Positions 41,100 through 51,266 of a stretch of DNA of 64,000 nucleotides are shown one piece after another (the stretch's first letter is position 1; each line of letters begins with the position of its first letter). Below the pieces are notes generated by a model. The model had not been told where the DNA came from. It ran no database searches and saw only the letters and a list, made by a program, of their open reading frames with translations. Location of the stretch: contig CAVVHS010000006.1 in the NCBI GenBank assembly GCA_963748215.1, positions 768,001-832,000 on the forward strand, read 5' to 3'. The position numbers and the translations under genes were made by a program. The stretch is from an uncultured Gammaproteobacteria bacterium. Its GTDB lineage: Bacteria; Pseudomonadota; Gammaproteobacteria; UBA9214.

Positions 41100-42434
41100 A
41101 TGCCATTCCCCCTACCTGAAAAGAAGGTCTTCTTATTTCTGCAAGGTGCGCCCAACTCTTTTGCCAGACACCTTGCCGACGAACTGGAACGGCGCGGTCA
41201 CCGTGCCCTGCGTATCAATTTATGCGCTGGAGATTTCTTGTATTGGCTTGGACGACCCGCAGTAAACTATCGGGGCCGCTTACAAGATTGGGAGACTTTT
41301 CTGCGAAATTTTATCGCGCGTGAAGGTATTACTCATCTACTCTATTACGCAGACCGGCTTCCCTACCATAAGGTGGCGATGCGAGTGGCACTGGATCTCA
41401 ATCTGATCGGTATCAGTTACGAGTTTGGATATCTTCGTCCCGATTGGATCACCTTGGAACGCGGAGGGATGTCTGCGCAATCGCATTTTCCTGAAGATCC
41501 CGATTTAATCCGCCGTATTGCCCTACAAACACCTGCTCCAGATCTGACTGCGCGCTACCGATACACATTTTTCATGGAGGCGTTTAATGACGTGGTTTTC
41601 AATCTTTCTAATTTTTTCGGATTTTTTTTGTACCCCCGTTATGTGCCCGACAAGATATACAATCGGGTTGTCGAATACCTGAGTTATATTCCACGTTTGC
41701 TCAAGAGGCCTCGCCTTGCTCGACAAGCTGACGAGACCATCCATCGCCTTGTCGATTCTCAAAACGACGTCTTCGTTTTTCCATTACAGATGCAAAACGA
41801 CTATCAAGTTCGCGCGAATTCTCATTACCGACACCTCAGCGAGGTAATCCGAGAGACGCTTGATTCATTTTCAGTCCATGCGACCCCTCACGCACAACTG
41901 GTATTCAAGGTACACCCACTGGATAACGGTTTGGAGAACTGGTCAAATATCGTCGCCAAGGTCGCGCAAGACATCGGTGTATCGGACCGCGTAGCTGTAA
42001 TAGACGGCGGTGATTTAATGACACTTATACACCGTGCGCGTGGCGTTATTCTCGTTAATAGCACGGTGGGGCTGCACGCACTCCAGGCCCATTGCCCGGT
42101 CAAGGTAATGGGAATCGCTGTCTACGACATCGCAGGACTGACACATCAAGGACCACTCGATACCTTTTGGCAGAACCCGACTCAACCGGACACAGAGCTA
42201 TGCGACGATTTGGTGCGTGCCATCGCAGCAACTATTCAGGTCAAGGGAAACTTCTACACGACAGAGGGCCAGGCAAGGGCGATACCCGAAGTCGCCGATC
42301 GTCTCTTAGGGGGACGCATAAACGAGCCTGGGGCATTTGTCGATCCACCACCCCGCCTGGCGCGTGCGAACGAGTTAGGCGTTCCAGATGTCTTTAACGA
42401 CACGCCAATTGCGGCACAGCAAACATCCCGGTGA
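41100..42434 (+). CDS. kpsS: KpsS/WcbO/RkpJ-like capsule beta-Kdo transferase
   Basis: LFLQG, EFGYLRPDWITLE, PLQMQND, KVHP, VNSTVGL. Confidence 0.85.
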   Translation: MPFPLPEKKVFLFLQGAPNSFARHLADELERRGHRALRINLCAGDFLYWLGRPAVNYRGRLQDWETFLRNFIAREGITHLLYYADRLPYHKVAMRVALDLNLIGISYEFGYLRPDWITLERGGMSAQSHFPEDPDLIRRIALQTPAPDLTARYRYTFFMEAFNDVVFNLSNFFGFFLYPRYVPDKIYNRVVEYLSYIPRLLKRPRLARQADETIHRLVDSQNDVFVFPLQMQNDYQVRANSHYRHLSEVIRETLDSFSVHATPHAQLVFKVHPLDNGLENWSNIVAKVAQDIGVSDRVAVIDGGDLMTLIHRARGVILVNSTVGLHALQAHCPVKVMGIAVYDIAGLTHQGPLDTFWQNPTQPDTELCDDLVRAIAATIQVKGNFYTTEGQARAIPEVADRLLGGRINEPGAFVDPPPRLARANELGVPDVFNDTPIAAQQTSR

Positions 42435-42473
42435 TGTTCCACAACCTTTGACCGTACCCCCGTAATCCGAGCC

Positions 42474-43134
42474 ATGCGGGTCGAGGGAACTGGTGACGGC
42501 CGCGCAACGGCTACGGGCCATGGATCACCTCAAGAACCGCGGTGTCAGCGAACGCCGGGGCTGCCGGCTGACGGGCTTCAGCCGATCGGCCGCCTGGTAC
42601 CCGGTGAAGGGACGCGATGTTGCCGATCCCAGGGCGCGCCACAAGGCGCTGGCAGAGTGTTATCCCCACTACGGCTATCCGACGCTGCACGACATGCTTC
42701 GGCGTGAGTGTCTGGTGCAGATCCCCAAATGCACCAACCGGATCTACCGGGAGGAATGGCTGCAGGTAGTCGACTTCTCGATCTCCGGTCAGCGCCTGGC
42801 GCGTGAGCTGGACCGGCTGGTCTAGCGTCGACCGTTACCCAAGGCCATCGTCTGCGACAACGGGCCGGAACTGACCAGCAAGGCGATGTTCTTCCGGTCG
42901 GGCAAGTCCGGCGTGAAGCTGTATTTCATTCAGCCGGGCAAGCCGACCCAGAACGCCTTTGTCGAGAGCTTCAATGGCAAGTTTCGGGAGTACTGCCTGG
43001 GTCTGCACTGGTTTGCCAGCCTGGAAGTTGCCCGGTCAACGAGCGAGGACTGGCGTGACCACAACAACCACGTCAGGCCGCACCGGGCACTGGGCAGGAA
43101 ACCGCCTGCGGTGTTCGCCAAAGAGGCTGCCTGA
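42474..43134 (+). mobile_element. IS3-family transposase remnant (internally deleted, with a stop codon)
   Basis: VSERRGCRL, CDNGPEL, IQPGKPTQNAFVESFNGKFREYCL, RPHRALG. Confidence 0.85.
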
Positions 43135-43351
43135 TACGATCAGTCTCCCACATACCACCATGCTCGCATTCAGGGGTGCGGTCACACCACCGCCAGATCA
43201 GGCCGAACGCAGCCCGCGATGCTTTTAGCCGATCTCCTCCAGGTTTGGAAATCACCGAAAAGGTGGGTTATCTACCCTGTACGCCACTTCTACCAAGTAA
43301 GCCGAGGCACACGCAAACCACGAGTTAGCCGGTTTCGTTTTGCACGCTACT

Positions 43352-44176
43352 TTATCTAAGCCACTGCCACAGCCGATTGAATCGATTGACCATCTTCTCA
43401 ACGGTACCCGCCTGAGGAATGTCAAACAACGGCCGGGATAACTCACCGACGAGATTCAAAAACAGCCTGGGATGGGGTGTTACCGAGCGAGCCGTGACTC
43501 CATGCAACGAGTGGATCGAGTTGATCAGGAACACGGCCACGTTTCTTTCATACTCGACCGTGCTGACCACTTCCAGATTCTGGCGGCCAGTAAACTGGTG
43601 TTCAAACTTCATTGGTTGGCCGTCGCGCGATGCATACAACTCGAGCGCGCCGCCGGACGAATCATCTTGATCACTGCGCAAGTAGAAGAGACCAGCAAAC
43701 AACTTGTTGGGCAAATCAACATGCGGTCCGCGCACGGTGCTTGTGCGACGCCTGATAGGCGTGTTAACGCAGATTTGCGCATCGAGCAAGATGTCTGCAT
43801 CCGAGAAGGTGTCAACATTGCGCACACCGGCAGCAAGTTGGTCCAGTTGACCATAGCAGTCTTCCAGCCAGGGATACAGCGAGCGGATATTGCCGCCAAA
43901 GACACGCATCACATCGCCGAGGAATCTTTGACTTACGTGTTCTTCCACCAGATCGTGCCAACACTGGGCAATCTGCGAGTTAGCGCGCACACTGCGGCAC
44001 GAATAGCTAAACCGCCAGTTGTTACCGTAGTTTCGACCCTGGGTAATCGTATCTATCGGTGGGAATTGTTGGATCAACTGCTGGCAAAGTTCGTCATCCA
44101 GGGCGTCCCTAATGACCAGATGCGGGAATGGGTGCTCTATAACCTGCTGATCGGAGATGTTTGATAAGAGCGTCAT
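43352..44176 (-). CDS. 2OG-Fe(II) oxygenase superfamily protein
   Basis: PFPHLVI, GPHVD (HxD), GGALEL, SLHGV..R. Start moved to ATG 44176 because the ORF's upstream extension is IS sequence. Confidence 0.8.
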   Translation of the reverse strand: MTLLSNISDQQVIEHPFPHLVIRDALDDELCQQLIQQFPPIDTITQGRNYGNNWRFSYSCRSVRANSQIAQCWHDLVEEHVSQRFLGDVMRVFGGNIRSLYPWLEDCYGQLDQLAAGVRNVDTFSDADILLDAQICVNTPIRRRTSTVRGPHVDLPNKLFAGLFYLRSDQDDSSGGALELYASRDGQPMKFEHQFTGRQNLEVVSTVEYERNVAVFLINSIHSLHGVTARSVTPHPRLFLNLVGELSRPLFDIPQAGTVEKMVNRFNRLWQWLR

Positions 44177-44190
44177 TAGCTGTACCAGAA

Positions 44191-44400
44191 GAGGGTAGAA
44201 AGTATAAACCACGCATTTTGAAGGAATCCACACCGGAGCAGAGCACCACCACAGATAATATGCCAGGTTTTCCAGATGATCACCGGGTGTTCGATACTGG
44301 CGTTCACCTTGACCGTACCTCCGCAGGTCTGGCAGGTCTCGATGTCGATCCAGAACGCGCTTGAGGCGCTGTCCGCTGTACGGCCAAGTCGATACACCCG
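44191..44400 (-). mobile_element. IS91/ISCR-like remnant, copy A (oriIS-like end and transposase C-terminus)
   Basis: Plus strand GGGTAGAAAGTATAAACCAC; translation IDIETCQTCGGTVKV. Confidence 0.65.
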
Positions 44401-44429
44401 GTGCTTGCCACCGACCTAACCCATCTCGC

Positions 44430-44905
44430 GCAGATCCCGGCACACCGTGTGATTACCGTATGCTCCACCACTCTCCAACCAGAACTGCTTGATTAAACCA
44501 GCAGCTGCTAGAGAGCGGGCCTGTTCGGCTTCGGTTACCGTAACCGTGCGTAATAGCCGTTTGGGTGCACCTCAAGCAGGCGACATGAGCGTCGCACAGG
44601 CCGTGCAGCGCTGAATACCTTGAAGAAGTGTTCTCCACTTGGATTGGTTGGCGAAGTACACCGCAGTTTATTTAGGATGTCGCGTCCTCTTTCGTGCGCC
44701 GCAGCTGGGCGCGGAGTCCGAGTATCTCGCTCTCGGCTTCAACCGGTTCAGCTACTTGCTGCTCTGTTTTATCAGCCTGAACCGCTTTTGACCACTCGTA
44801 TGAGCTATGACTGGACGCACTCAGGCGACCCGAGACTTCGGACACTGAGAAACCACGATCAATGACCTGACGAACGGATTCATCTTTAAATTCGGGTGAG
44901 TTACG
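44430..44905 (-). mobile_element. IS3-family remnant (OrfA and start of OrfB)
   Basis: PEFKDESVRQVIDRGFSVSEVS...LRAQLRRTKE, a degenerate IS3 OrfA helix-turn-helix. Confidence 0.7.
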
Positions 44906-45583
44906 CTGACTGCCCAGTGGAACCTGCATTGCTCGGTATTCTTTCCACCAGACCTCAGAAAAATCACAATCACTGTAATCATTAAAGTATGGCCCACCAA
45001 GTGTAAAGTGGATAAGTGCAGGTAATTCCTCTGGCCTGTCATATTCATCAACCAGGAAATTCCACTCCAGTGGCAATTCACCAATTAATGAAACATTTTG
45101 AAGCCATTTGAATTGATGCAAGTATAAGCCGCTCTCATTATTCACGACTTCAGGGGTCAATGCCTTACATTTCCTGTTATTGAACAGCATTACCGATGAC
45201 CAATTCTTTTTTTCATACTTGCTTTGTGTCTGATTTAGAAATTTAGTAGATGTTTTTGGGGTGTAATCGTGCTTGACAACCTGAACGGCATACTGATCGT
45301 CAAACATGTCGACCAATTCCTTGATATCACGCGTCACGATCATATCGCAGTCCATAAATAACGATACCCCCTGATAATCGGACAAATAGGGGACCAGGAA
45401 TCTAGAGTAAGAAAACTCCGTTGAAGACAATTCTCCTTTATCGCGCTGATAAACCGGCTTAAGTGTATCTCTCGCAAGCGGGGTTATCGAAACGGGCACA
45501 CTGGATCGCATCAAAATAGAATGGCAAAGTGTATGGAATGCAATAATCTCCTGGCTATCATAGCCAACAAAAATTCTTATCAT
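44672..45583 (-). CDS. GT-A (GT8-like) glycosyltransferase, C-terminus fused to the IS3 remnant
   Basis: IRIFVGYD, STEFSYSRFLVP, FMDCD, KNWSSVMLFN, HFTLGGP. Confidence 0.8.
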   Translation of the reverse strand: MIRIFVGYDSQEIIAFHTLCHSILMRSSVPVSITPLARDTLKPVYQRDKGELSSTEFSYSRFLVPYLSDYQGVSLFMDCDMIVTRDIKELVDMFDDQYAVQVVKHDYTPKTSTKFLNQTQSKYEKKNWSSVMLFNNRKCKALTPEVVNNESGLYLHQFKWLQNVSLIGELPLEWNFLVDEYDRPEELPALIHFTLGGPYFNDYSDCDFSEVWWKEYRAMQVPLGSQRNSPEFKDESVRQVIDRGFSVSEVSGRLSASSHSSYEWSKAVQADKTEQQVAEPVEAESEILGLRAQLRRTKEDATS

Positions 45584-45892
45584 TGGTATTTAGCCCCGCG
45601 ATTCGCTATAGCTTGATAATCAAGGAACGCTTGCGCTGCATATTCATGTTGTGAAACTGTAATAAGTAATTTAGCGGAACAGAACCATATGGTGAACAAA
45701 CGATAATATTTAACAGTTACACCAGAAACAGATGAAATGGCTGAGTGAGATCGCAAGCAAAGTGCAACAAACCGTTCCAGATTCAATTTTTTGACCCTCG
45801 GTAACCAAAAGTTAAAAAATATGAATGAAAATATTCCACGCGTAGTTGTTATGCGCCAATTGATTGGCAAACATATCCATGTCGTTGAATGA

Positions 45893-46560
45893 GAATTGGA
45901 AGGATAACCCACGTAGTTCAAAAGAATCCACCCCGGAGCAGAGCACCGCACCGGTATCCTGGCCGCTGAATCTTTGTGATCCGGGCACCAACAGGCAGAT
46001 TGCGCCCGCCTGCCATCCGCTTTTACCGGCCATTTGCTCACACCACGGTGGGGGACCGGCCAACCGGCCGCGGCCACCCCTGCCCGCCCATCTGTCGGGC
46101 TGGCATCCTTGCCGGTTAATGTGAATTCACAGATTCCCGTATGCCAGACGTCAACTCCAACCGCTGGACGGCACACGCAGCTCCGGTAGCCGCAATACTT
46201 ATCTGCCCGGGTCCGTTTCCCCCGGATGTGCCAGAATTTTGCTGATCTCACCAGGTCTTGGATACTGGTAACCATCTTGAGCGCGCCGCCGCAGGCCTGG
46301 CAGGTCTCGATGTCGATGCGGAACACGCGCTTGCGGTGCCGTGCCCAGCTCATCGCTACCCTTGCACTGGACTCTTCGTAGCTGCCTGTGCAGGTTAGGG
46401 TCTGCAGGCTGCAGGCCTTACGGCCTTGATGTGGGCCTACCACAATGCGGTAGGTGATGGAACTTCCCAGCACCCTCGCCAGGCCGGTCTCATCCGCCGG
46501 CTCAAGGGCCAGGCAGCTGTTCTCCAGATCGCGCAGCAGCAACACCTGACGCTCCAGGTA
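45893..46560 (-). mobile_element. IS91/ISCR-like remnant, copy B
   Basis: SITYRIVVGPHQGRK and MSWA..KRVFRIDIETCQACGG transposase fragments, plus a ~170-bp end shared with copy C. Confidence 0.7.
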
Positions 46561-46784
46561 TCACCCCGTCCACTCGCAGACGGTATAGAAGAGGTGCTCC
46601 AGTTCTGCACGGTCGGGCCCCTTTACCCGCTGAGCAGAAATATTTCTGAAGTGCTTGACGAGCATGAGAAGTATGCGCACCTACGAATAAGCGACAGGAA
46701 ACAATTCGAAATAAATATTATTTCAGGACTATTTACCCGCCCAAGCAACTCTCTCTGCTTACAGGACACATAGGAACATAAAGT

Positions 46785-49334
46785 TTAGCAATTTCTTAAT
46801 TGTATGTTAGTTCGCTGTTTCACAATTTCTTTTATGTATTTTTCTTCAAAAGATGGGTTATGGGGGAAACGCTCGATTTGCTTTTTTTTGCGGCCGATAT
46901 GTCCTGAAGTAAAAAAATCGAATCCATAAAGATCCAATGACTGTATGGGCAAATCCTTGATCATTTCAAACAGGATTATTCCAGTGGAAGGGTCTATTTT
47001 GAATCGTTTACGAAGTCGCTTCTGGTATTTGAAATCAGTCCTGATTGTAGTATTCCAGAGCTTCGGGCATAAATTCCAGAGTGAAGGGTGCGGCCATAAC
47101 TGGATGGCACCATGGAACAAGCGGCTGAAAGTTTTTTGTCTGCGCCTGTCTGTCGTGGCGAACGACCAGATGTCAGTTCTCTTGCCGATATGCAGTATGT
47201 TGGTGTATTGACGGAGTATATCTTCAGGCGCTTCAGGGGAGACAATGATATGTTTCTCTGATGGTCTTGTCTTTCTGTCAATGAATACCTCGTTAATCCA
47301 TTCTTCAGGTATCAATGCTTGGCCTTGTTTATTTTTTTTCGACAGGTATGGGTATCCCAGGTTCATTCGGATCACGATATCATGACTGTCAATTTCCGAT
47401 CCCCATTCACGGTTCAATAAACACCGACCATTGCCGACCAAGGCGATGGATTTGCCTTCGAACAAATCAAGATTCAACTGATCGGGTAAGGCTTTATTCA
47501 TCAGCTTCATGATGCTGTTGAAGCGTTTCACTTTGGAGATAGATGGTATATCTATTAGTTCCGTGGCTTTTGTCTCGGCCATCAGTCCAATGTCACTCAG
47601 ATACTGATTTTTGTATTCAACCTGCATGTTGTTATGAAGGTTCATCTTGAATTGTTCTGTATTCAGCAGACAGCCTTTGTTAAACAGGTAATTCTGGATG
47701 AAAAAGAGATATTCGAGAGCAGGTTGCTTACGCATAATAGCCGCTTCGTAGGCATTTTGTATGTCATGGTTATTGGGTTTTGACTTAATGCATATCAGAT
47801 CGTAAATAGCACGCCCAAAGGTTATTACTGGTTTTTCGTGCAATATAGCTTCAAAGCCAACACCTGAGTTTATGACGAAGACAGCTTTGGATGCCTTGAT
47901 ATAGGCATGTATGTGGCCTTTGGTGACAAACTTGTAATACCTGGATTTCCTTGCGAAAAGCCGGGCCATGAGACCGGGACTTGATAACGGATGAAGCTTG
48001 AGTAATACCCGGGTTTTTGATGTTTCCGCCCAGTTAAGAACGGCATTCAAAACCTCATCAAAGCTGTATTCAGAATGGTATCTAATAGTTTCATCGTGTG
48101 GTATCTGAAGTGGGAAAAACACCTCGAAAGGCCATGATGTAATTTCTGCTGCTTTTTGCGAGATTTTGGTGATTCCTTGCGACTTGATGTCTTCTATAAG
48201 CATCTCAGCTTGACCGGTATCACATCTTTCGATCAGCGACTTTTCTCCATAGTAGCTGGCGCTTGCCGCCCACCCTCTACTGTCTAGCGTGAAAAAGAAG
48301 GGATAAAGTTCCTGCATGTAAAAATGGCACCGTTTGTCCGGTATTTGCCCAGCACTCTTATGCGGGACGTAGATACAGTCATGCGGCAGTGACTTGATAA
48401 ATTCAAGATTGATTTTAAAGAGTGGAAGGCAGATGAGTTCAGCTGTATACCCAGATGACTGTAAAGCATCCCTGACCATTTTCGGGAAGAACTGCCAATA
48501 GATCCTGACCGGGTCATGGAGGCGTTTCCGCATTACATTAATTCTGGTTGAGGTTTTTTGCTTAAAGCCAAGATCGACTCGTGGCGCCAGAATGGCAATG
48601 GTTTTCCTGCTCCTAAACTGACTGAGTATCTCCTGTTCCTTATGGTTTAATAGTTCATTGCTGTCTTTACGATCACCCTTGGCGCTCCATATGCTGCTTG
48701 CAGGCTCGAAATCCCAGTCAACATAGCGTTTATCCAGGTGAGCCAGTTTTAGGGATGGCATTTGGATGATGCTTCGGTAAAGCAGCGCCTGATCCTGGTA
48801 CCAGGCATATTTGTTCAATGAGTGAGTGAAACCTCTCAACAGGCGTCCTGTGCATTTGTTATGGCGAAACCAGATCAAGGCGCCAAGGACTTTTCTGCTT
48901 TCCAGTTTACGTTTGAAACGGGTGTGTATGGCAATATCGGCATGTCGATACTGATTTGACAGGATATGGAGGTCTTTCAGAACCAGGTTGTCTATATCGG
49001 TGAATATGGCATCGATTCCGTAATGCTCGAACACCTTTTGAAACTCGATGAATCGTTGGACGACATAATAGCCACGCCGGCTTTTCTTGTTTAACGAATC
49101 AGGGCATTCATCTGCTTCGTACAGAATGATTTCTGTAGATTTGGCGAGCCGCCGGATATCATCAAGCTGCTGCGTGATAGCGTCATTCGTGCCGAACACA
49201 CATAGTATTAATAGTTGTCCTGGTGAGTGGATATCGATGGATGCGATGAAGGCTTCTGCATGCCGCTCGAAATAATGCCGATCACAGGCGGTGAATATCA
49301 GTTGGGTGTAGGGGTATTTCGGGCTTGTGATCAC
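46785..49334 (-). CDS. Three-domain capsule glycosyltransferase (GT-A, KpsS-like, GT29-like)
   Basis: FTDID/WYQDQ; PLQIPHD/KLHP/INSGVGFEA; SIALVGNG..IDSHDIVIRMN/PSTG/LYGFDF. Confidence 0.7.
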   Translation of the reverse strand: MITSPKYPYTQLIFTACDRHYFERHAEAFIASIDIHSPGQLLILCVFGTNDAITQQLDDIRRLAKSTEIILYEADECPDSLNKKSRRGYYVVQRFIEFQKVFEHYGIDAIFTDIDNLVLKDLHILSNQYRHADIAIHTRFKRKLESRKVLGALIWFRHNKCTGRLLRGFTHSLNKYAWYQDQALLYRSIIQMPSLKLAHLDKRYVDWDFEPASSIWSAKGDRKDSNELLNHKEQEILSQFRSRKTIAILAPRVDLGFKQKTSTRINVMRKRLHDPVRIYWQFFPKMVRDALQSSGYTAELICLPLFKINLEFIKSLPHDCIYVPHKSAGQIPDKRCHFYMQELYPFFFTLDSRGWAASASYYGEKSLIERCDTGQAEMLIEDIKSQGITKISQKAAEITSWPFEVFFPLQIPHDETIRYHSEYSFDEVLNAVLNWAETSKTRVLLKLHPLSSPGLMARLFARKSRYYKFVTKGHIHAYIKASKAVFVINSGVGFEAILHEKPVITFGRAIYDLICIKSKPNNHDIQNAYEAAIMRKQPALEYLFFIQNYLFNKGCLLNTEQFKMNLHNNMQVEYKNQYLSDIGLMAETKATELIDIPSISKVKRFNSIMKLMNKALPDQLNLDLFEGKSIALVGNGRCLLNREWGSEIDSHDIVIRMNLGYPYLSKKNKQGQALIPEEWINEVFIDRKTRPSEKHIIVSPEAPEDILRQYTNILHIGKRTDIWSFATTDRRRQKTFSRLFHGAIQLWPHPSLWNLCPKLWNTTIRTDFKYQKRLRKRFKIDPSTGIILFEMIKDLPIQSLDLYGFDFFTSGHIGRKKKQIERFPHNPSFEEKYIKEIVKQRTNIQLRNC

Positions 49335-49371
49335 AGAAACAGGAAACGGTTAAATGAAGCGTTAATTCGGG

Positions 49372-49630
49372 AAACAGGAAGCATAACCCACGTATTTCGA
49401 AAGAATCCACCCCGGAACAGAGCACCACACCGGCATCCTTGCCGCTGAATCTTTGTGATCCCGCCACCAACAGGCCAATCGCGACCGCCTGCCACCGGCT
49501 TTCACCGGCCCTTTGCTCACACCACGGTTGGTGGGACTGGCCAACCGGCTGCAGCCGATCCAGATCATCCTGCAGCGGGCAGATGCACTCGATATCGACC
49601 TGGTCGCCAGGGTGAGCGAATGCAGGCCGC
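49372..49630 (-). mobile_element. IS91/ISCR-like remnant, copy C
   Basis: AGGAAGCATAACCCAC...GAATCCACCCCGGAACAGAGCACC...GCCGCTGAATCTTTGTGATCC, a near-copy of 45900-46075. Confidence 0.65.
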
Positions 49631-49892
49631 TGGATGAATCCGTGACTATGTGTGTATTGGTTCCCAATCACATATCAGGATGATGCGATCGTATCCAACT
49701 TCATGTGTGTTTATCGTGTTTATTCCCTTCAGGCATAATCACGCGTTTATGCCAGGCAGATAATCAGAAAACCGACCAGGGCAAGAAGCGTACCGAAACC
49801 CTACGGTCTTCCCGAGCATACCGTTGAACTACCGCATTGTTCGATGGCAATTCGGGAGAAACAAGACTGCGGGACAAATAATGCAAGAACGA

Positions 49893-50891
49893 TTAACCGC
49901 GTACTGCCCCGCTGCCCAAATCGTAAATTTGCAAAATACCAACGACTTTTCCGGCATCTCCCGTCACGATCAGTGAGTTGACTTTCGCCTCCTGCATGAT
50001 CTCCTCGGCCACTGAAAAACGCTCATTCACGTCGATGGTAATCGGATTAACGGTCATTAACTGGCTGGCGGCCAACCCTCTTGGATCATCCTCACTATCG
50101 AGAGCACGCCGGATGTCCCCGTCGGTAATAATCCCCTGCAAGCGATCCCCATCCATCACCATCGCCAGCCCGAGTCGGCCACGCGTAATGCTGTGTACGA
50201 CATCGCGGAAATTTTCATTGGCTGAGCATTTAGGAAGGTTCAGCCGATGCATTACATCAGAAACACGGGTGAGCAACTTACGACCCAAACTGCCGCCTGG
50301 ATGAAAGCGCGCGAAATCTTCTGGTTGGAATCCACGCATGGTTGACAGCACAACTGCCAATGCGTCTCCCATGACCAAGGTAGCCGTGGTGGAGCTGGTC
50401 GGCGCAAGGTTGTTGTTACAGGCTTCTCTCGGAACCGAGATGTCGAGCACGACGTCTGCATGCTTCGCCAAGGTTGAGTCTTTATTCCCTGTCATGGCAA
50501 TGACTGGATTCTTTTGGTACTCCATGAAAGGAAGCAGGCGGATCAGTTCCTCCGTCTCCCCACTGTTTGAAATCATCAGGGCAACGTCGGACGGGCGAAT
50601 CATTCCCAAGTCACCATGAAAGGCCTCCCCGGGATGCACAAAAAAGGATGGTGTCCCTGTGGAGGCCAATGTCGCGGCTATTTTTTTGCCGATGATACCG
50701 GACTTTCCCATCCCTACCACGACCACCATGCCCCGCGCATTCAATGCCAACTCGAGCGCTTTTTCAAACCTGTCATCCAGGCGAGTGGCCATCCCATCGA
50801 GAGCTGCCATTTCGGTGGCAATCACGCTTCTTCCCAAATCGATCAGATTTGTCTCTGCACTGCGGGCTGATACGCCAACCTGATTACTCAT
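49893..50891 (-). CDS. kpsF: Arabinose-5-phosphate isomerase (SIS and CBS domains)
   Basis: GMGKSG, ATLASTGTP, HGDLG, APTSST, FHPGGSLG. Confidence 0.92.
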   Translation of the reverse strand: MSNQVGVSARSAETNLIDLGRSVIATEMAALDGMATRLDDRFEKALELALNARGMVVVVGMGKSGIIGKKIAATLASTGTPSFFVHPGEAFHGDLGMIRPSDVALMISNSGETEELIRLLPFMEYQKNPVIAMTGNKDSTLAKHADVVLDISVPREACNNNLAPTSSTTATLVMGDALAVVLSTMRGFQPEDFARFHPGGSLGRKLLTRVSDVMHRLNLPKCSANENFRDVVHSITRGRLGLAMVMDGDRLQGIITDGDIRRALDSEDDPRGLAASQLMTVNPITIDVNERFSVAEEIMQEAKVNSLIVTGDAGKVVGILQIYDLGSGAVRG

Positions 50892-50894
50892 TGA

Positions 50895-51215
50895 GCCACC
50901 TCACTCGTGATCGAAGAATATCCTTCTACAGCCCCTGAACATGCGCCTTCACCCGAGCCGGATGTATAGCATCAGCCAACTCACGTAATTCGCTCACCCG
51001 GCCAGACGTTTGTGACGTCGCCATTGCTTATTCCTTTACGCAGGACGGTGATTCTGCTACCGCATATGACATGCCTCAAACAGTTCGCACGATGACTTCG
51101 CTTATCCCTGGCACCAATAGCGCCTTCCCATAGAGATGCTGGATCATCTGTTTACCATGAATATACGCGAGCGGATTACCGGGCTATCGCAACGAATAGT
51201 AGCGAGGATGTCATT
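50895..51215 (-). pseudogene. kpsU: Collapsed kpsU(kdsB)/kdsC relic
   Basis: One frame reads RYYSLR*PGNPLAYIHGKQMIQHLYGKALLVPGISEVIV (KpsU N-terminus), joined to *GMSYAVAESPSCVKE*...LRELADAI (KdsC C-terminus). Confidence 0.7.
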
Positions 51216-51266
51216 GAGCTCACGTTCAAACCAGTAAAATCAGGTCCGGTTTGATGATTCAATCTA

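Noticed and set aside
44177-44443. N-terminal extension of the oxygenase ORF
   Set aside because: Lies in IS91/IS3 remnant sequence.
45580-46545. 321-aa ORF as a functional gene
   Set aside because: A patchwork of IS91 transposase scraps, element end and intergenic DNA.
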